Assembly (NCBI GenBank): GCA_965222075.1
Contig: OZ244937.1
Location: forward strand, 320,001 to 384,000
DNA length: 64,000 nucleotides
Direction of reading: 5' to 3'
Origin: Candidatus Latescibacterota bacterium
Lineage (GTDB): Bacteria > Latescibacterota > UBA2968 > GCA-2709665
In this document: positions 28,415 through 39,740 of the stretch, piece by piece
Layout: every line of letters starts with the position of its first letter
How positions within the stretch are numbered: the stretch's first letter is position 1
Program-made: the position numbers and the translations under genes
The notes under the pieces: model-generated
Database searches by the model: none
Seen by the model: the letters and a program-made list of their open reading frames with translations, nothing else
Told to the model about the DNA's origin: nothing

Positions 28415-29395
28415 ATGAACCAACCCCCTGAGACGTTTATTCGGGTGCCGCGCCAGGGGCTGCAGGGGTTTGTGTCGAAGGCGGCGCAGACGGTGGGACT
28501 GCCAGAGGACAAGGCGGAACTGCTGGGGGAGCTGCTGACGGCCAACGATCTGCGGGGGACGTTCAGCCACGGGACGAAGCAGATTGCGACGTATGCGATT
28601 CTGATGCGGGACGGGAGGCTGAACAACACACCGGAGGTGCGGGTGGGGCAGGAGACGCCGGTGAGTCTGGTGATGGATGGAGACGGGGGGCTGGGCTACT
28701 TCCCGGCGTATGAGGGCACGGTGCGGATGATTGACAAGGCCAGGGCGCAGGGGATGGCGGTGATGCAGAGCCGGAACCACGGGCATTTCGGAGCGGCTGG
28801 AATCTATTCGCGGATGACGCTGGGGCACGATCTGGTGACGTTCGTGACGTCTGGGCACCAGTTGAATCTGTCGCCGGGAGATCCGATTTACAACTCGGCC
28901 GGCGGGTCGCCGATGTCGTTTTGCGCACCGACGGAGAAGGAGCATCCACTGGTGCTCGATTTTGGGACGATGCACGATTTATACGCCGGCTCTCCCCACC
29001 AGGAAGAGATCGCCCGGATGGCTCCCGGGGTCGTTTTCCGGTTGATCGGGTTGGGGGCGGTCTGCCAGGCCTGGGGGGGGATCTTAGCGGGTGTGCCGCT
29101 GGATGAGGCCCGTGTGGTGAAGGATTATCCGGGGGCCAATCAGGGGTCGCTGGTGGTGACGTTTCAGATCGCTCTGTTTATGGATCCGGCGCAGTTCAAG
29201 CGGGAGATGGACGAGTACGTGCGCCGGGTGCGGTCCCTGAAGCCGGTAGAGGGGTTCAACCAGGCCTATCTGCCGGGCGGACCGGAGGCGGAGCGAGAGC
29301 GGGTTTACCGGGAGGAAGGAATCCCTGTGGGGCCACCGCATCAGGAGCGGCTGGAGAAGCTGGCCGGGGAACTTGGGATAGACGTGCCCTGGTAA
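28415..29395 (+). CDS. Ldh_2 family oxidoreductase (malate/L-lactate/L-sulfolactate dehydrogenase-like)
   Basis: DLRGTFSHG, DGDGGLG, RNHGHFGAAG, LDF, LPGGPE. Confidence 0.88.
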   Translation: MNQPPETFIRVPRQGLQGFVSKAAQTVGLPEDKAELLGELLTANDLRGTFSHGTKQIATYAILMRDGRLNNTPEVRVGQETPVSLVMDGDGGLGYFPAYEGTVRMIDKARAQGMAVMQSRNHGHFGAAGIYSRMTLGHDLVTFVTSGHQLNLSPGDPIYNSAGGSPMSFCAPTEKEHPLVLDFGTMHDLYAGSPHQEEIARMAPGVVFRLIGLGAVCQAWGGILAGVPLDEARVVKDYPGANQGSLVVTFQIALFMDPAQFKREMDEYVRRVRSLKPVEGFNQAYLPGGPEAERERVYREEGIPVGPPHQERLEKLAGELGIDVPW

Positions 29396-29457
29396 TCTCA
29401 CGGAAGGGTCACGAAGGATGCGAAACCGCCCATCGCCACCCACCTGCCGGGTTCGGG

Positions 29458-30357
29458 CTATCCCCCGGAGGTTGGGTACGCAGTATCCGTCAGTACGCCG
29501 AGGAGTTTCCGGGTGGCCGATGAGAGGCTTCGACCGCGCTTTTGGAGGATGCCCAGGGGTCTGACAAGCGGCTCTCCTTTTAACGTCAGGACCTTCAGGG
29601 TTCCCTTGCGTTTCTCCAGCTCGACAGAGGGTGCAGGGACAACAGAGATGCCCAGGTCGACCTCAACAGAATCTTTGATGATGTCAATATGATCGAGTTC
29701 TATCGCTACTTTGGGGTTCGCCCGATGTTTTCGGAAGAAGCGGTCGATGGCCTGCCGGGTGTGCGTTTCCGGGTTAAAGAGGACCATCGGGTAATTTTCG
29801 AGGGCTTTGAGATCGATGCTTTCCTGTGCCGCCAGGGGATTTGAAGGATGACAGATGACCACCATCCGGTCTTCTGAGAACGGGATCACCTCGACGTTTC
29901 GCTGCGGCCGGGGATAGGCCACGATGCCCAGGTCGATTTCGCTGCTGGCCACGTCGGTGTAGATCTTTGGCGCCAGGTTGTAGTCCAGCCGGAAGTTTAC
30001 CCTGGGATAGGCCTTGAGATAGACTTTGAGGTAGGGACCCAGTTCCCGCATGCCAACGCTGTAGATGGCCGAGAGACGGACGGTTCCCGATATCACACCG
30101 TCGAGCGCTTCGATCCGGTGCTGCATTTCTTCGTAGCGCTGGACGATCTCGCGTGCGCCCCGATAGAATACCTCGCCTTCCGCCGTCAGGGAGATTCGAC
30201 GTTTCTCCCGTTCCAGCAGGGGCTTTCCCTGGCGTTTCTCTATGCTCTTGATCTGCTGGCTCACAGCGGACTGGGTCACCGAGTTGAGGACGGCAGTTTT
30301 GGAAAACCTCTGGGTATCGATCAGGTCGCGGAAGATTTTCAGGCTTTGGACTAACAC
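29458..30357 (-). CDS. LysR-family transcriptional regulator
   Basis: FSKTA..NSVTQSAVSQQIKSIE HTH; GTG after AAGGAG; divergent from fumC. Confidence 0.92.
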   Translation of the reverse strand: MLVQSLKIFRDLIDTQRFSKTAVLNSVTQSAVSQQIKSIEKRQGKPLLEREKRRISLTAEGEVFYRGAREIVQRYEEMQHRIEALDGVISGTVRLSAIYSVGMRELGPYLKVYLKAYPRVNFRLDYNLAPKIYTDVASSEIDLGIVAYPRPQRNVEVIPFSEDRMVVICHPSNPLAAQESIDLKALENYPMVLFNPETHTRQAIDRFFRKHRANPKVAIELDHIDIIKDSVEVDLGISVVPAPSVELEKRKGTLKVLTLKGEPLVRPLGILQKRGRSLSSATRKLLGVLTDTAYPTSGG

Positions 30358-30558
30358 GGAGATGTTCTCCTTACGGTGTGAAGTGGAAAGATGAGGTAAA
30401 CGCAAATAAAGGGGCGTGAAAACAGAAAGTGTAAATATAAGGAAAGGTAATTTAAAACGCAAGTCTGAACAGAAAATATTAATCATTCATGAACACAGAT
30501 ACACACAGATCATGCAGGGGCGACCGGACGGTCGCCCATTCTGGTTGAGGGGAGAGAT

Positions 30559-31950
30559 ATGGGATACCGAATCGAAACCGACAGTATGGGAGAGATCCAG
30601 GTTCCGGAAGATCGTTATTACGGAGCGCAAACCGCACGTTCGCTGATCCATTTCGACATCGGCGAGGAGCGGATGCCCCGGGAGCTGATCCGGGCGTTCG
30701 GAATTTTGAAGAAGGCTGCGGCGTTTGTGAATCAAGAACTGGGCAAGCTGCCTGCGGAAAAGGCCGAGTTGCTTGTTCAGGCGGCGGATGAGGTCATTGA
30801 GGGAATATTAGACGACCACTTTCCGCTACGGATCTGGCAGACGGGCAGCGGGACGCAGACGAATATGAACGCCAACGAGGTGATTTCCAACCGGGCGATC
30901 CAGCTTGCCGGCGGGCAGATGGGCAGCAAGCACCCGATCCACCCGAACGACCACGTGAATATGGGCCAGTCGTCCAACGATACGTTTCCGACCGCGATGC
31001 ACATCGCCGCCGCAAGCGAGATCCACCGGCGGCTGATTCCGATGGTCACGCAGCTGCGAGATACGCTGGCGCAGAAGGCGGAGGCGTTCAAGGAGATTAT
31101 CAAGATCGGGCGGACGCACCTGATGGATGCAGTGCCGCTTACGCTGGGACAGGAGTTTTCGGGGTACGTGACGCAGCTGAACAAGGGGCTTGAACGGATC
31201 GAACGGTGTCTGCCGAATCTCTACGAGTTGGCCTTAGGAGGGACGGCGGTGGGTACGGGGCTGAATACGCATCCCGAGTTTGCCGATCGGGCGGTGGAGA
31301 GGATCTCCGAACTGACGGGCTACCCGTTTGTGTCGGCGGGGAATAAGTTTGAGTCGCTGGCGGCGCACGATGCGATCGTGGAGGGCAGCGGAGCCCTGAA
31401 GACCCTGGCCTGTTCGCTGATGAAGGTCGCCAATGACATCCGGTGGCTGGCCTCGGGGCCGCGCTGCGGGATTGGAGAGCTAACGATTCCAGCGAACGAA
31501 CCGGGCAGTTCGATTATGCCGGGGAAGGTGAATCCGACGCAGTGCGAGGCGATCACGATGGTGGCCGCACAGGTGATTGGAAACGATACGGCCGTGGCGG
31601 TGGGCGGTTCTTCGGGCAATTTTGAGTTGAATGTGTTCAAGCCGGTGATGATTTACAATCTGCTGCAGTCGATCCGGTTGCTTGCGGATGCGTGCGAGGC
31701 GTTCAACGATCACTGCGCGGTGGGAATCGAACCGAACCGGGAGAATATCGAGCGGTACCTGAAGCAGTCGCTGATGCTGGTGACTGCGCTGAATCCGCAT
31801 ATCGGGTACGATAACGCGGCAAAGGTGGCGAAGGTGGCGTTTGCAGAGAACCTGACCTTGAAAGCGTCTGCGGTGGCGCTGGGGCTTTTGAGCGAGGCGG
31901 AATTCGATAAAGCCGTGCGGCCGGAGGAGATGATCGGGCCGAAAGCATAG
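30559..31950 (+). CDS. fumC: Class II fumarate hydratase
   Basis: [30 protein letters not shown] signature. Confidence 0.97.
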   Translation: MGYRIETDSMGEIQVPEDRYYGAQTARSLIHFDIGEERMPRELIRAFGILKKAAAFVNQELGKLPAEKAELLVQAADEVIEGILDDHFPLRIWQTGSGTQTNMNANEVISNRAIQLAGGQMGSKHPIHPNDHVNMGQSSNDTFPTAMHIAAASEIHRRLIPMVTQLRDTLAQKAEAFKEIIKIGRTHLMDAVPLTLGQEFSGYVTQLNKGLERIERCLPNLYELALGGTAVGTGLNTHPEFADRAVERISELTGYPFVSAGNKFESLAAHDAIVEGSGALKTLACSLMKVANDIRWLASGPRCGIGELTIPANEPGSSIMPGKVNPTQCEAITMVAAQVIGNDTAVAVGGSSGNFELNVFKPVMIYNLLQSIRLLADACEAFNDHCAVGIEPNRENIERYLKQSLMLVTALNPHIGYDNAAKVAKVAFAENLTLKASAVALGLLSEAEFDKAVRPEEMIGPKA

Positions 31951-32024
31951 GCCTTCACGTTTTGTTCAAGACGTAAAGAAAAGCGCCCGCGATCCGCCGG
32001 GCCTTTTGCTGAAGTTCGCTTCGC

Positions 32025-32381
32025 TTAGAGAAGCCCCCAGAGGATATAGAGCGCAGCCGTTCCGATGAGGGCGCCGCCGTAGCAGAGGACGGCCAGGGAG
32101 AGGCGGAATTTGCGGATGCCCAGTTCGTAGAGGGAAAAGCGGATGCGGTGGGCCGCGTGGTAGAGGGGGAGGACGATGAGGACGGAGAGGTAGATTTTAA
32201 CGAAGGGATTGGCGATGAGGGCCTGCATGCGCTCGTAGCCGAGGAGGTCCGCGTCGATGAGGCCAAGCGGCACGGCCAGGCCGTCCAGGAAGATGTGGAT
32301 GGGGACCAGGAGCGCCGCGACCATGCCGCCCACGGAGAACATGGCCCACCAGAACGGTTCGTTTTTGTCGGCTTTGTACAC
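32025..32381 (-). CDS. frdD: Fumarate reductase subunit D
   Basis: EPFWWAMFSVGG, LPLYHAAHRIR, LCYG. Confidence 0.9.
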   Translation of the reverse strand: MYKADKNEPFWWAMFSVGGMVAALLVPIHIFLDGLAVPLGLIDADLLGYERMQALIANPFVKIYLSVLIVLPLYHAAHRIRFSLYELGIRKFRLSLAVLCYGGALIGTAALYILWGLL

Positions 32382-32392
32382 GGTTTATCCCC

Positions 32393-32806
32393 TCATTTGA
32401 GGCAAAAGAAGAGGTAGACGACGAGGATTGAGGCGACGCCCCAGGCGGTATAGGCGCCCACCGCCACCAGCGCCGGGGGGACCGTTAAACGCCCCACGCG
32501 GACGAGCTGAATTTTGGGAACCAGGCCCAGCCAGGTGATGCTGTGGTAGAGGGCAAAGATGAGGAAGATGGCGTAGAGGGCGATGAACAGTTCGGATCGG
32601 AGCGATTGCCGGAACAGCCCGTGCACATCCGGCCCCCTGGTGAGCAGGAAGAATTCGTAGAGGTAGAGCAGGACGAAGAGGGCGACGAATACGCTGGTGA
32701 GCTCCCGGACCATGAACATGAAGTACCTGCGGTTTTGCATCCACCAGGTGGCCGGGATGGGGCGATGATAGGTTCTGCTGGTGTATTCGGATTCGGTCTC
32801 GATCAC
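32393..32806 (-). CDS. frdC: Fumarate reductase subunit C
   Basis: [10 protein letters not shown]...[17 protein letters not shown]; GTG overlaps frdB stop. Confidence 0.9.
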   Translation of the reverse strand: MIETESEYTSRTYHRPIPATWWMQNRRYFMFMVRELTSVFVALFVLLYLYEFFLLTRGPDVHGLFRQSLRSELFIALYAIFLIFALYHSITWLGLVPKIQLVRVGRLTVPPALVAVGAYTAWGVASILVVYLFFCLK

Positions 32807-33552
32807 TTTTCCCCTCCCCTTGGCAGGAGGAGCGATTTGAACCAGTCGGTGGTGGTGGCAACTTTCGTGCGCTGGATGGCCGCGGCCGGGTCCACGTCTT
32901 TGGGGCAGACCTCCGAACACTCACCGATGTAGGTACACTCCCAGATCCCTTCACTGCTGGCGATGACTTCTTTTCGCGCATCCCGACCTTCGTCTCTGGA
33001 GTCCAGGTTGTACCGGTACGCCAGGGCGATGGCGGCCGGGCCGATGAATTCGGGCTCCCGCCCGTAGACCGGGCAGGCGGCGTAGCAGAGCATGCAGTTG
33101 ATGCACATGCTGAACTGCTTGTATTCTTTGAGCTGGTCCGGCGTCTGGAGATATTCCCCTTCTTCGACGGGTTTTTCCTCTTCCCGCACGATCCAGGGTT
33201 TCACCGCGCTGAGTTTCCCCATAAAGTCGGTCATGTCGATGACAAGGTCCCGGACAATGGGGAAGTTGAGCAGCGGTTCCACCTTGATTTCGTCCGGATA
33301 ATAATCCCGCAGGAAGGCCGCGCAGGTGAGTTTTGGCTCGCCGTTAACCATCATGCCGCAGCTTCCGCAGACGCCCATCCGGCAGGACCAGCGGTAGGAG
33401 AGCGTGCCGTCAATCTGATCTTTGATGTGGTTGAGCGCGTCCAGGACGACCCAGTCTTCTTGGTAGTCTATGTCGTAGGATTGCTCCGTGGGTTCGTCTT
33501 CCTGCTCGGGACGGTAGCGGGTTACGGTTATTGTCATTTTTCTATTGTTCAT
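32803..33552 (-). CDS. frdB: Fumarate reductase Fe-S subunit
   Basis: [38 protein letters not shown]. Confidence 0.95.
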   Translation of the reverse strand: MNNRKMTITVTRYRPEQEDEPTEQSYDIDYQEDWVVLDALNHIKDQIDGTLSYRWSCRMGVCGSCGMMVNGEPKLTCAAFLRDYYPDEIKVEPLLNFPIVRDLVIDMTDFMGKLSAVKPWIVREEEKPVEEGEYLQTPDQLKEYKQFSMCINCMLCYAACPVYGREPEFIGPAAIALAYRYNLDSRDEGRDARKEVIASSEGIWECTYIGECSEVCPKDVDPAAAIQRTKVATTTDWFKSLLLPRGGEK

Positions 33553-33611
33553 CGGTTTCCCTTTTTGAGTAGGGAGCGGGTGAGGCATGCCTCGCCCCTG
33601 CGGTGCACGGC

Positions 33612-35321
33612 CTAATACTTGCGTTCCTCAAGCTGCCAGCGGGTGATGGTCGCGGGAAGGTAATCGATACGGGGGCCGTCCTCTGTCTGGTAGGCCAGGG
33701 AGTGCTGGAGGTAGTGTTCGTCGTTCCGCATTTCAAAGTCCAAACGGGCGTGCGACCCCCGCGATTCCTCCCTTTGAAGCGCAGAATGCGCCACGGCCTC
33801 GGACACGTCCAGCATATATCCCAGTTCGAGCGCGGTGATGAGTTCTGTGTTGAATACGCCCGATCGATCGTCCAATCCCACGGTATCATAGCGCTCCTTG
33901 AGTTTTCGGAGCGTTTCGCACGTTTCTTTGAGTTTCTCCTGCGTGCGGTAGATACCGACGCCCTGTTCCATGGCGCTTTGCATTTCACTGCGGATGTCGG
34001 CGATCCGCTCGCTGCGGTTTTGCGGCCGGAAGTATTTGGCTTCGATCCGATTCTGCTCGTCGTGGGCCATATTCCGGAGTGTGCCGGGCCGGGGGGCCTC
34101 CGCTTCTGCGGCATAGGCTGCGGCCGATCTGCCGGCGCGGGTGCCAAAGACGAGACACTCGGAGAGGGAGTTGGACCCCAGGCGGTTTGCGCCGTTCAGG
34201 CTCACACAGGCGGCTTCCCCTGCGGCAAAGAGGCCCGGTATGGGCATGGCTCCGTTGATGTCTGTGTGCACGCCGCCCATCATGTAGTGGACGACCGGGC
34301 GGACGGGAATGGGTTCGTGGACGGGGTCGATGCCGACGTAGTTTCGGGTCAGTTCCCTCACGAAGGGGAGCTTCTCGTTGATGACTTTTTCGCCCAGGTG
34401 CCGAAGGTCCAGGTGGACGTAGTGCCCATAGGTCCCCTCGAAGGCCCGGCCTGCCCGCATTTCGTGGATAAAGGCCCGGGACAGGATATCGCGAGGGCCC
34501 AGTTCCATCTTGCCGGGCACGTATTCGCTCAGGTATCGTTCACCTTTGCTGTTGAGCAGATGGCCTCCCTCTCCCCGGGACGCCTCCGTCATCAGGATGC
34601 CGGTTCCGGGCAGGCCGGTGGGGTGGTACTGCACAAATTCCATGTCTTTCATTGGGCAGCCGGCACGGTAGGCCAGGGCCATGCCGTCTCCGGTTTTGAT
34701 GGCTGCATTGGTTGTGAAGGGGAAGACCCGGCCGCCGCCGCCGGTGCAGATGATGACCGCCTTTGCCGGAATGGCGTGAATGCCTCCGGAGCGCAGGTTG
34801 AGGGCGGCTACGCCGCAGACCTTTCCGTCGTCTATCAGCAGCGAAGTGACAAACCACTCGTCGTAGCGGGTGATGGCGTCGTATTTCAGGGAGGTCTGGA
34901 AGAGGGCGTGGAGCATGTGGAACCCGGTTTTGTCGGCGGCAAAGAGGGTTCGCTTTACGCTCATGCCTCCAAAGGCTCTCACACTCACCCGGCCGTCCGG
35001 GTCCCGGCTCCAGGGGCAGCCCCAGTGCTCCAGCTGGATGACTTCGTCCCGGGCCTCTTTTACAAAAGCTTCGACCACATCCTGGTCGGCCAGGAAATCG
35101 CTGCCCTTGATGGTGTCGTAGGCGTGCAGGTCCAGGTTGTCGTATTCGCGCATGACCGCGGCGGTTCCACCCTCGGCCGAGACGGTGTGGCTGCGCATGG
35201 GGTAAACCTTGGATACAACGCCGATGTTGATGCCTTCCCGGGCCTGGGCCGCTGCGATGGCGGCGCGCAGGCCGGCGGCGCCCCCCCCTACCAGCAGGAC
35301 ATCATGCGCTGGAATGTTCAT
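33612..35321 (-). CDS. frdA: Fumarate reductase flavoprotein subunit
   Basis: [46 protein letters not shown]. Confidence 0.95.
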   Translation of the reverse strand: MNIPAHDVLLVGGGAAGLRAAIAAAQAREGINIGVVSKVYPMRSHTVSAEGGTAAVMREYDNLDLHAYDTIKGSDFLADQDVVEAFVKEARDEVIQLEHWGCPWSRDPDGRVSVRAFGGMSVKRTLFAADKTGFHMLHALFQTSLKYDAITRYDEWFVTSLLIDDGKVCGVAALNLRSGGIHAIPAKAVIICTGGGGRVFPFTTNAAIKTGDGMALAYRAGCPMKDMEFVQYHPTGLPGTGILMTEASRGEGGHLLNSKGERYLSEYVPGKMELGPRDILSRAFIHEMRAGRAFEGTYGHYVHLDLRHLGEKVINEKLPFVRELTRNYVGIDPVHEPIPVRPVVHYMMGGVHTDINGAMPIPGLFAAGEAACVSLNGANRLGSNSLSECLVFGTRAGRSAAAYAAEAEAPRPGTLRNMAHDEQNRIEAKYFRPQNRSERIADIRSEMQSAMEQGVGIYRTQEKLKETCETLRKLKERYDTVGLDDRSGVFNTELITALELGYMLDVSEAVAHSALQREESRGSHARLDFEMRNDEHYLQHSLAYQTEDGPRIDYLPATITRWQLEERKY

Positions 35322-35393
35322 GGAAATCCTCTGCCGAGTAATTTTCTTAAAAAAAATTATAAAAACTTATATTTATTCACGTTTATTTCACTT

Positions 35394-35422
35394 AAAATAA
35401 TCTTTCTTCAAGGGCCAGTCAA
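35394..35422 (-). promoter_or_regulatory. sigma70 promoter of frdABCD in an AT-rich tract
   Basis: TTGACT-N17-TATTTT on minus strand. Confidence 0.6.
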
Positions 35423-35466
35423 TTAAAATTTCAATGCGCGGAGGTGGCTGGCCGGTCCTCTGTTTG

Positions 35467-36564
35467 CTATTGCAACCGCCCCCGTCCCAGGAGAGGCCAG
35501 ACGGTTTCGACGAGGCCGTTGCGGATGCCGTAGAGTTCGTTGTGCAGGAAGATGGTGGTGTCGGAGTAGCCCGCGATGAATTCGAATTTGTCGCCCAGGT
35601 GCGGGGCTTCCGCAGGCTCGGTCAGTTCGATTTTGCCGTGTTCGGCCGACAGGCCCACCGATTCCACGTTGGGAATGCCGACCGGTTCGGGCACGTCGGC
35701 GTCGCTGCTCATGGTCTTTTTGCCCGCGTCGCAGATGATGCGTGTAGGCATCGGACGGCTGGTGACGGTGGCCTGGACGGTGAGCGCATATTCATGATCG
35801 ACACCGAAGACGGTTTTGTAATGGATGTCGCAGAAGATGCCCCCTCCGGCCTCGATTTCGGTGACGCCCGGCTGGAAGGCGCTGATCCAGTAGGTGCCCG
35901 TGCCGCCGCAGCTGACGATGTCAACCGGTATGCCGGCATCTCGACACATCTGTGCGCTGTGCGTGAGCTTCCGAAGCCCATCGGCAACGACCTGTTGCTT
36001 TTCGTCGGGATCTGTGATGCACAGCGCATGCGACTCCCAGGTCTGGACGCCGGAAAACTGCAGCCCTTCGCAGGTCACGATCTTGCGGGCCAGGTCCAGG
36101 ACGGGTTCTCCGGGTTCCACGCCTGCGCGGTTCATGCCCACATTGACTTCGACGAGCACGCGCAGCCGGACGCCTTTTTCACGGGCCGCACGGTCGAGGG
36201 CCTCTATATTTTTCTCGTTGTCGACGATGACCATAACGTCGGCGTGCCAGCACAGGTTGACCAGCCGGGCGATCTTTTGCGGTCCCACGATCTGGTTGGC
36301 GATGAGGATGTCCCGGATGCCGGCGGCGGCCATGACTTCGGCTTCGCCGAGCTTTGCACAGGTGATGCCGCTGGCGCCCGCTTTCAGGAGGATGTGGGCG
36401 AGGGCGGGCGTTTTCATCGCCTTGGTGTGGGGACGCCAACAGACGCCGGCCTCCTGGATGATGATGCGGGCCATGCGCTGGATGTTGCGGTCCATCACGT
36501 CGAGGTCCACCAGGAGAGCCGGGGTGTCGAGGTCCTCTTTGGGGCGGCCGACCGGGCTTATCAT
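35467..36564 (-). CDS. DSD1-family PLP enzyme (D-threonine aldolase/D-serine dehydratase-like)
   Basis: LDTPALLVD, RPHTKAMK, CAKLGEAE, GGTGT, DAGKK, SAEHG. Confidence 0.9.
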   Translation of the reverse strand: MISPVGRPKEDLDTPALLVDLDVMDRNIQRMARIIIQEAGVCWRPHTKAMKTPALAHILLKAGASGITCAKLGEAEVMAAAGIRDILIANQIVGPQKIARLVNLCWHADVMVIVDNEKNIEALDRAAREKGVRLRVLVEVNVGMNRAGVEPGEPVLDLARKIVTCEGLQFSGVQTWESHALCITDPDEKQQVVADGLRKLTHSAQMCRDAGIPVDIVSCGGTGTYWISAFQPGVTEIEAGGGIFCDIHYKTVFGVDHEYALTVQATVTSRPMPTRIICDAGKKTMSSDADVPEPVGIPNVESVGLSAEHGKIELTEPAEAPHLGDKFEFIAGYSDTTIFLHNELYGIRNGLVETVWPLLGRGRLQ

Positions 36565-36821
36565 GGATGGGGTCCTTTCCTGGGGTTTACATCGGAACGG
36601 TTGGGAACGCTGGTGAAGGTGGCTCCCCGCCGGGGGGATGAGGACCGTGTGGAAGCGTTCGGTGTGTCGGTCCCGGGGAGGCAAGATACATCCGAAGACC
36701 GGCGTGCGCAAGTAGAGAAAAAGGGGAGCGCTGGAAAACGGCTTCTTGGGAATGCTTGACATTCCGCACACATTCTTTACCTTAAATGCACACAGCGGAA
36801 ATCTCAGGTTGGGAGGACGGA

Positions 36822-38012
36822 ATGGATCGTCTCAAGATTGCCCTGGTGGGCGCGGGGCGCCGGGGTTCGGGCGCGCATCTGCCGGTGATTGTACGGTTGA
36901 CCGATGCCTACGAACTGGTGGCGGTCTGCGATCAGGATGGTGAGACGGCAACGCGTCTGGCCGCCGAGCACGGGGCGAGGGCCTACACGAGCGTGCGCGA
37001 TCTGGTGGAGAACGAGGCGCTGGATGTTGCGGATGTGGTGGTGCCGGGGCCGGCGCACCACAGTGTTTGCTGTTTTCTGGAGCGCGCCGGTGTGAACGTG
37101 ATTGTGGAGACGCCGATAGCAAACACCCGGCAGATGGCCGATCTGATGATGCGGACGGCGCAGGAGGCGGGGGTCAGGCTGGAGGTGGCGGAGAACTATT
37201 ACCGGGCGCCGATCGAGCGGTTGAAAAAGCAGGTGCTCACGTCGGGGGCCATTGGGGAGGTGAGCCGGATTTACCGAATTTTACACGAGGGAGGGTACCA
37301 CGGGATGAGCCTGATGCGGGTGCTGGCGGGGGGGAATCCCACTTCGGTGATCGGGTTGAGCCACGTGACGCAGGTGGTGCCGCATACGGACCTGATGAAG
37401 CGACACCATACGCAGGAGAACTGGAGTCTGAGTTTTCTGGAGTTTGACAACGGCGTGGGGGCGCTGATGGTCTATTCGAATGTGGCCCACGCCCGCTCTC
37501 TGGGACGGAAGCAGACAGGGGTGGACGAGGTTGATGGGACGGCCGGGAGTATCGTGGACGGCGCCGTGTATGCGGTTCCCGGGGAGGAGTTGGAGACGGG
37601 GGCGCGGGGACGGGCGATTGAACCGGTGCGGATAACCGAGACGGTGGAGGGCGTGGAGGTGCTCCGCGAGATTCGCTACGATTTGCCGGAGGGGCCCATT
37701 GTGTGGGAGAACCCGTTTGCCCGGTATCCCCTCCGGGAGGGACAGGTGGCTGTTGCGGACGAGTTGCTGAGTATTGCGAATGCCGTGTGGGAGGACCGGG
37801 ACCCGGATTACGGGGCCGCGGCAGGGCGGCTGGATCAGGAGATGGCCCTGGCGGCGAGTGTGTCGGTGCAGCTCAACCGGGAGACGGTGCGTTTTCCGCT
37901 GCCCGGGGAGACGGAGGTGGAGCGGAATATGCACCATCGGTTCGAGGAGGAGTTCGGGCATGCCTGGGACGATGTGGATGGATTGATCGATGTTTTTTAT
38001 TCCAGGAGGTAG
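36822..38012 (+). CDS. Gfo/Idh/MocA family oxidoreductase
   Basis: IALVGAGRRG, VAVCD, VETP, VAENY. Confidence 0.88.
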   Translation: MDRLKIALVGAGRRGSGAHLPVIVRLTDAYELVAVCDQDGETATRLAAEHGARAYTSVRDLVENEALDVADVVVPGPAHHSVCCFLERAGVNVIVETPIANTRQMADLMMRTAQEAGVRLEVAENYYRAPIERLKKQVLTSGAIGEVSRIYRILHEGGYHGMSLMRVLAGGNPTSVIGLSHVTQVVPHTDLMKRHHTQENWSLSFLEFDNGVGALMVYSNVAHARSLGRKQTGVDEVDGTAGSIVDGAVYAVPGEELETGARGRAIEPVRITETVEGVEVLREIRYDLPEGPIVWENPFARYPLREGQVAVADELLSIANAVWEDRDPDYGAAAGRLDQEMALAASVSVQLNRETVRFPLPGETEVERNMHHRFEEEFGHAWDDVDGLIDVFYSRR

Positions 38013-38046
38013 CTGGTTTATTCTTGGATAAGAAAGGATCTCCACA

Positions 38047-38454
38047 ATGGAAGAACAGGTGGTTGTTTACGACGGTGAGTGCCGATTCTGCCAGTGGAGT
38101 ATAAGACGTGTTCAGAGGCTGGACTCCCTGGACCAGTTCGAATATCTGCCCCGCCAGGCCGAAGGGGCGGAGGCGCGGTTCCCAAAGCTGGCCGAATCGG
38201 ATTTTAATACGGGGCTCCGGTTTGTGGTGGGTGGAGATGACATCCGGGTGGGAGCGGATGCGGTGTACGAGATTTACCGGCGGATGCCGCCGTTTCACCT
38301 GGTGGCCTGGTTTTACCGGGTGCCTGTTCTTCACCAGTTTTTCCGTATGTGTTACGCGTTGATTGCCCGCAACCGCCACTGGTTTGGACCTGTGGAGTGC
38401 GATACGGAGGCCTGCGATGCGCCATCCGAGGCGCGTTCTGCGTCCGGAGATTGA
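38047..38454 (+). CDS. DUF393 / DCC1-like thiol-disulfide oxidoreductase
   Basis: VYDGECRFC, YALIARNR. Confidence 0.9.
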   Translation: MEEQVVVYDGECRFCQWSIRRVQRLDSLDQFEYLPRQAEGAEARFPKLAESDFNTGLRFVVGGDDIRVGADAVYEIYRRMPPFHLVAWFYRVPVLHQFFRMCYALIARNRHWFGPVECDTEACDAPSEARSASGD

Positions 38455-38486
38455 AGAGAAAAAAAGTTCCAGGTTAGGGAGGTTGA

Positions 38487-39503
<1,017 letters not shown>

Positions 39504-39510
39504 AAACAAC

Positions 39511-39539
39511 TTGACGCGTCCGGGAGAAATGGGTATTTT
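39511..39539 (+). promoter_or_regulatory. sigma70 promoter of the trpS leader
   Basis: TTGACG-N17-TATTTT. Confidence 0.6.
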
Positions 39540-39578
39540 TGATCTGTACTTGAAGATTTCAATCCAAAGGTGATCGTG

Positions 39579-39653
39579 ATGATGGCACGCGATGGACATG
39601 TCCGGGGCTGGTGGTATGAATCCATTCATACCGGTCGGCTCACTGTGTGCTGA
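39579..39653 (+). CDS. Trp-Trp leader peptide MMARDGHVRGWWYESIHTGRLTVC
   Basis: AAAGGTGA RBS; TGG TGG at 39609-39614; directly upstream of trpS. Confidence 0.75.
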   Translation: MMARDGHVRGWWYESIHTGRLTVC

Positions 39654-39719
39654 ATTCAAGGTTAAATTTTAAAACGATTTGCATCTCTGCCGGCCGGTCC
39701 AGCAGGGATTTTTATTTTT
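39607..39719 (+). promoter_or_regulatory. Ribosome-mediated transcription attenuator (protector, antiterminator, terminator)
   Basis: 1:2 GCTGGTGGTATGAA/TTCATACCGGTCGGC; 2:3 ACCGGTCGGC/GCCGGCCGGT; 3:4 ATCTCTGC/GCAGGGAT + T tract. Confidence 0.75.
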
Positions 39720-39740
39720 CAGGAAGAGGAGGTTTGGAAA

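Noticed and set aside
33603-35426. 607-aa plus-strand ORF and other long antisense ORFs (e.g. 4601-5998, 16710-18179, 52718-54280)
   Set aside because: Shadow frames opposite well-conserved genes in high-GC DNA; no motifs
36565-36690. Riboswitch in the ~110-nt leader of the DSD1 gene
   Set aside because: No recognisable aptamer consensus or terminator
39540-39740. T-box riboswitch upstream of trpS
   Set aside because: No T-box consensus or stem I motifs; leader-peptide attenuation explains the region better
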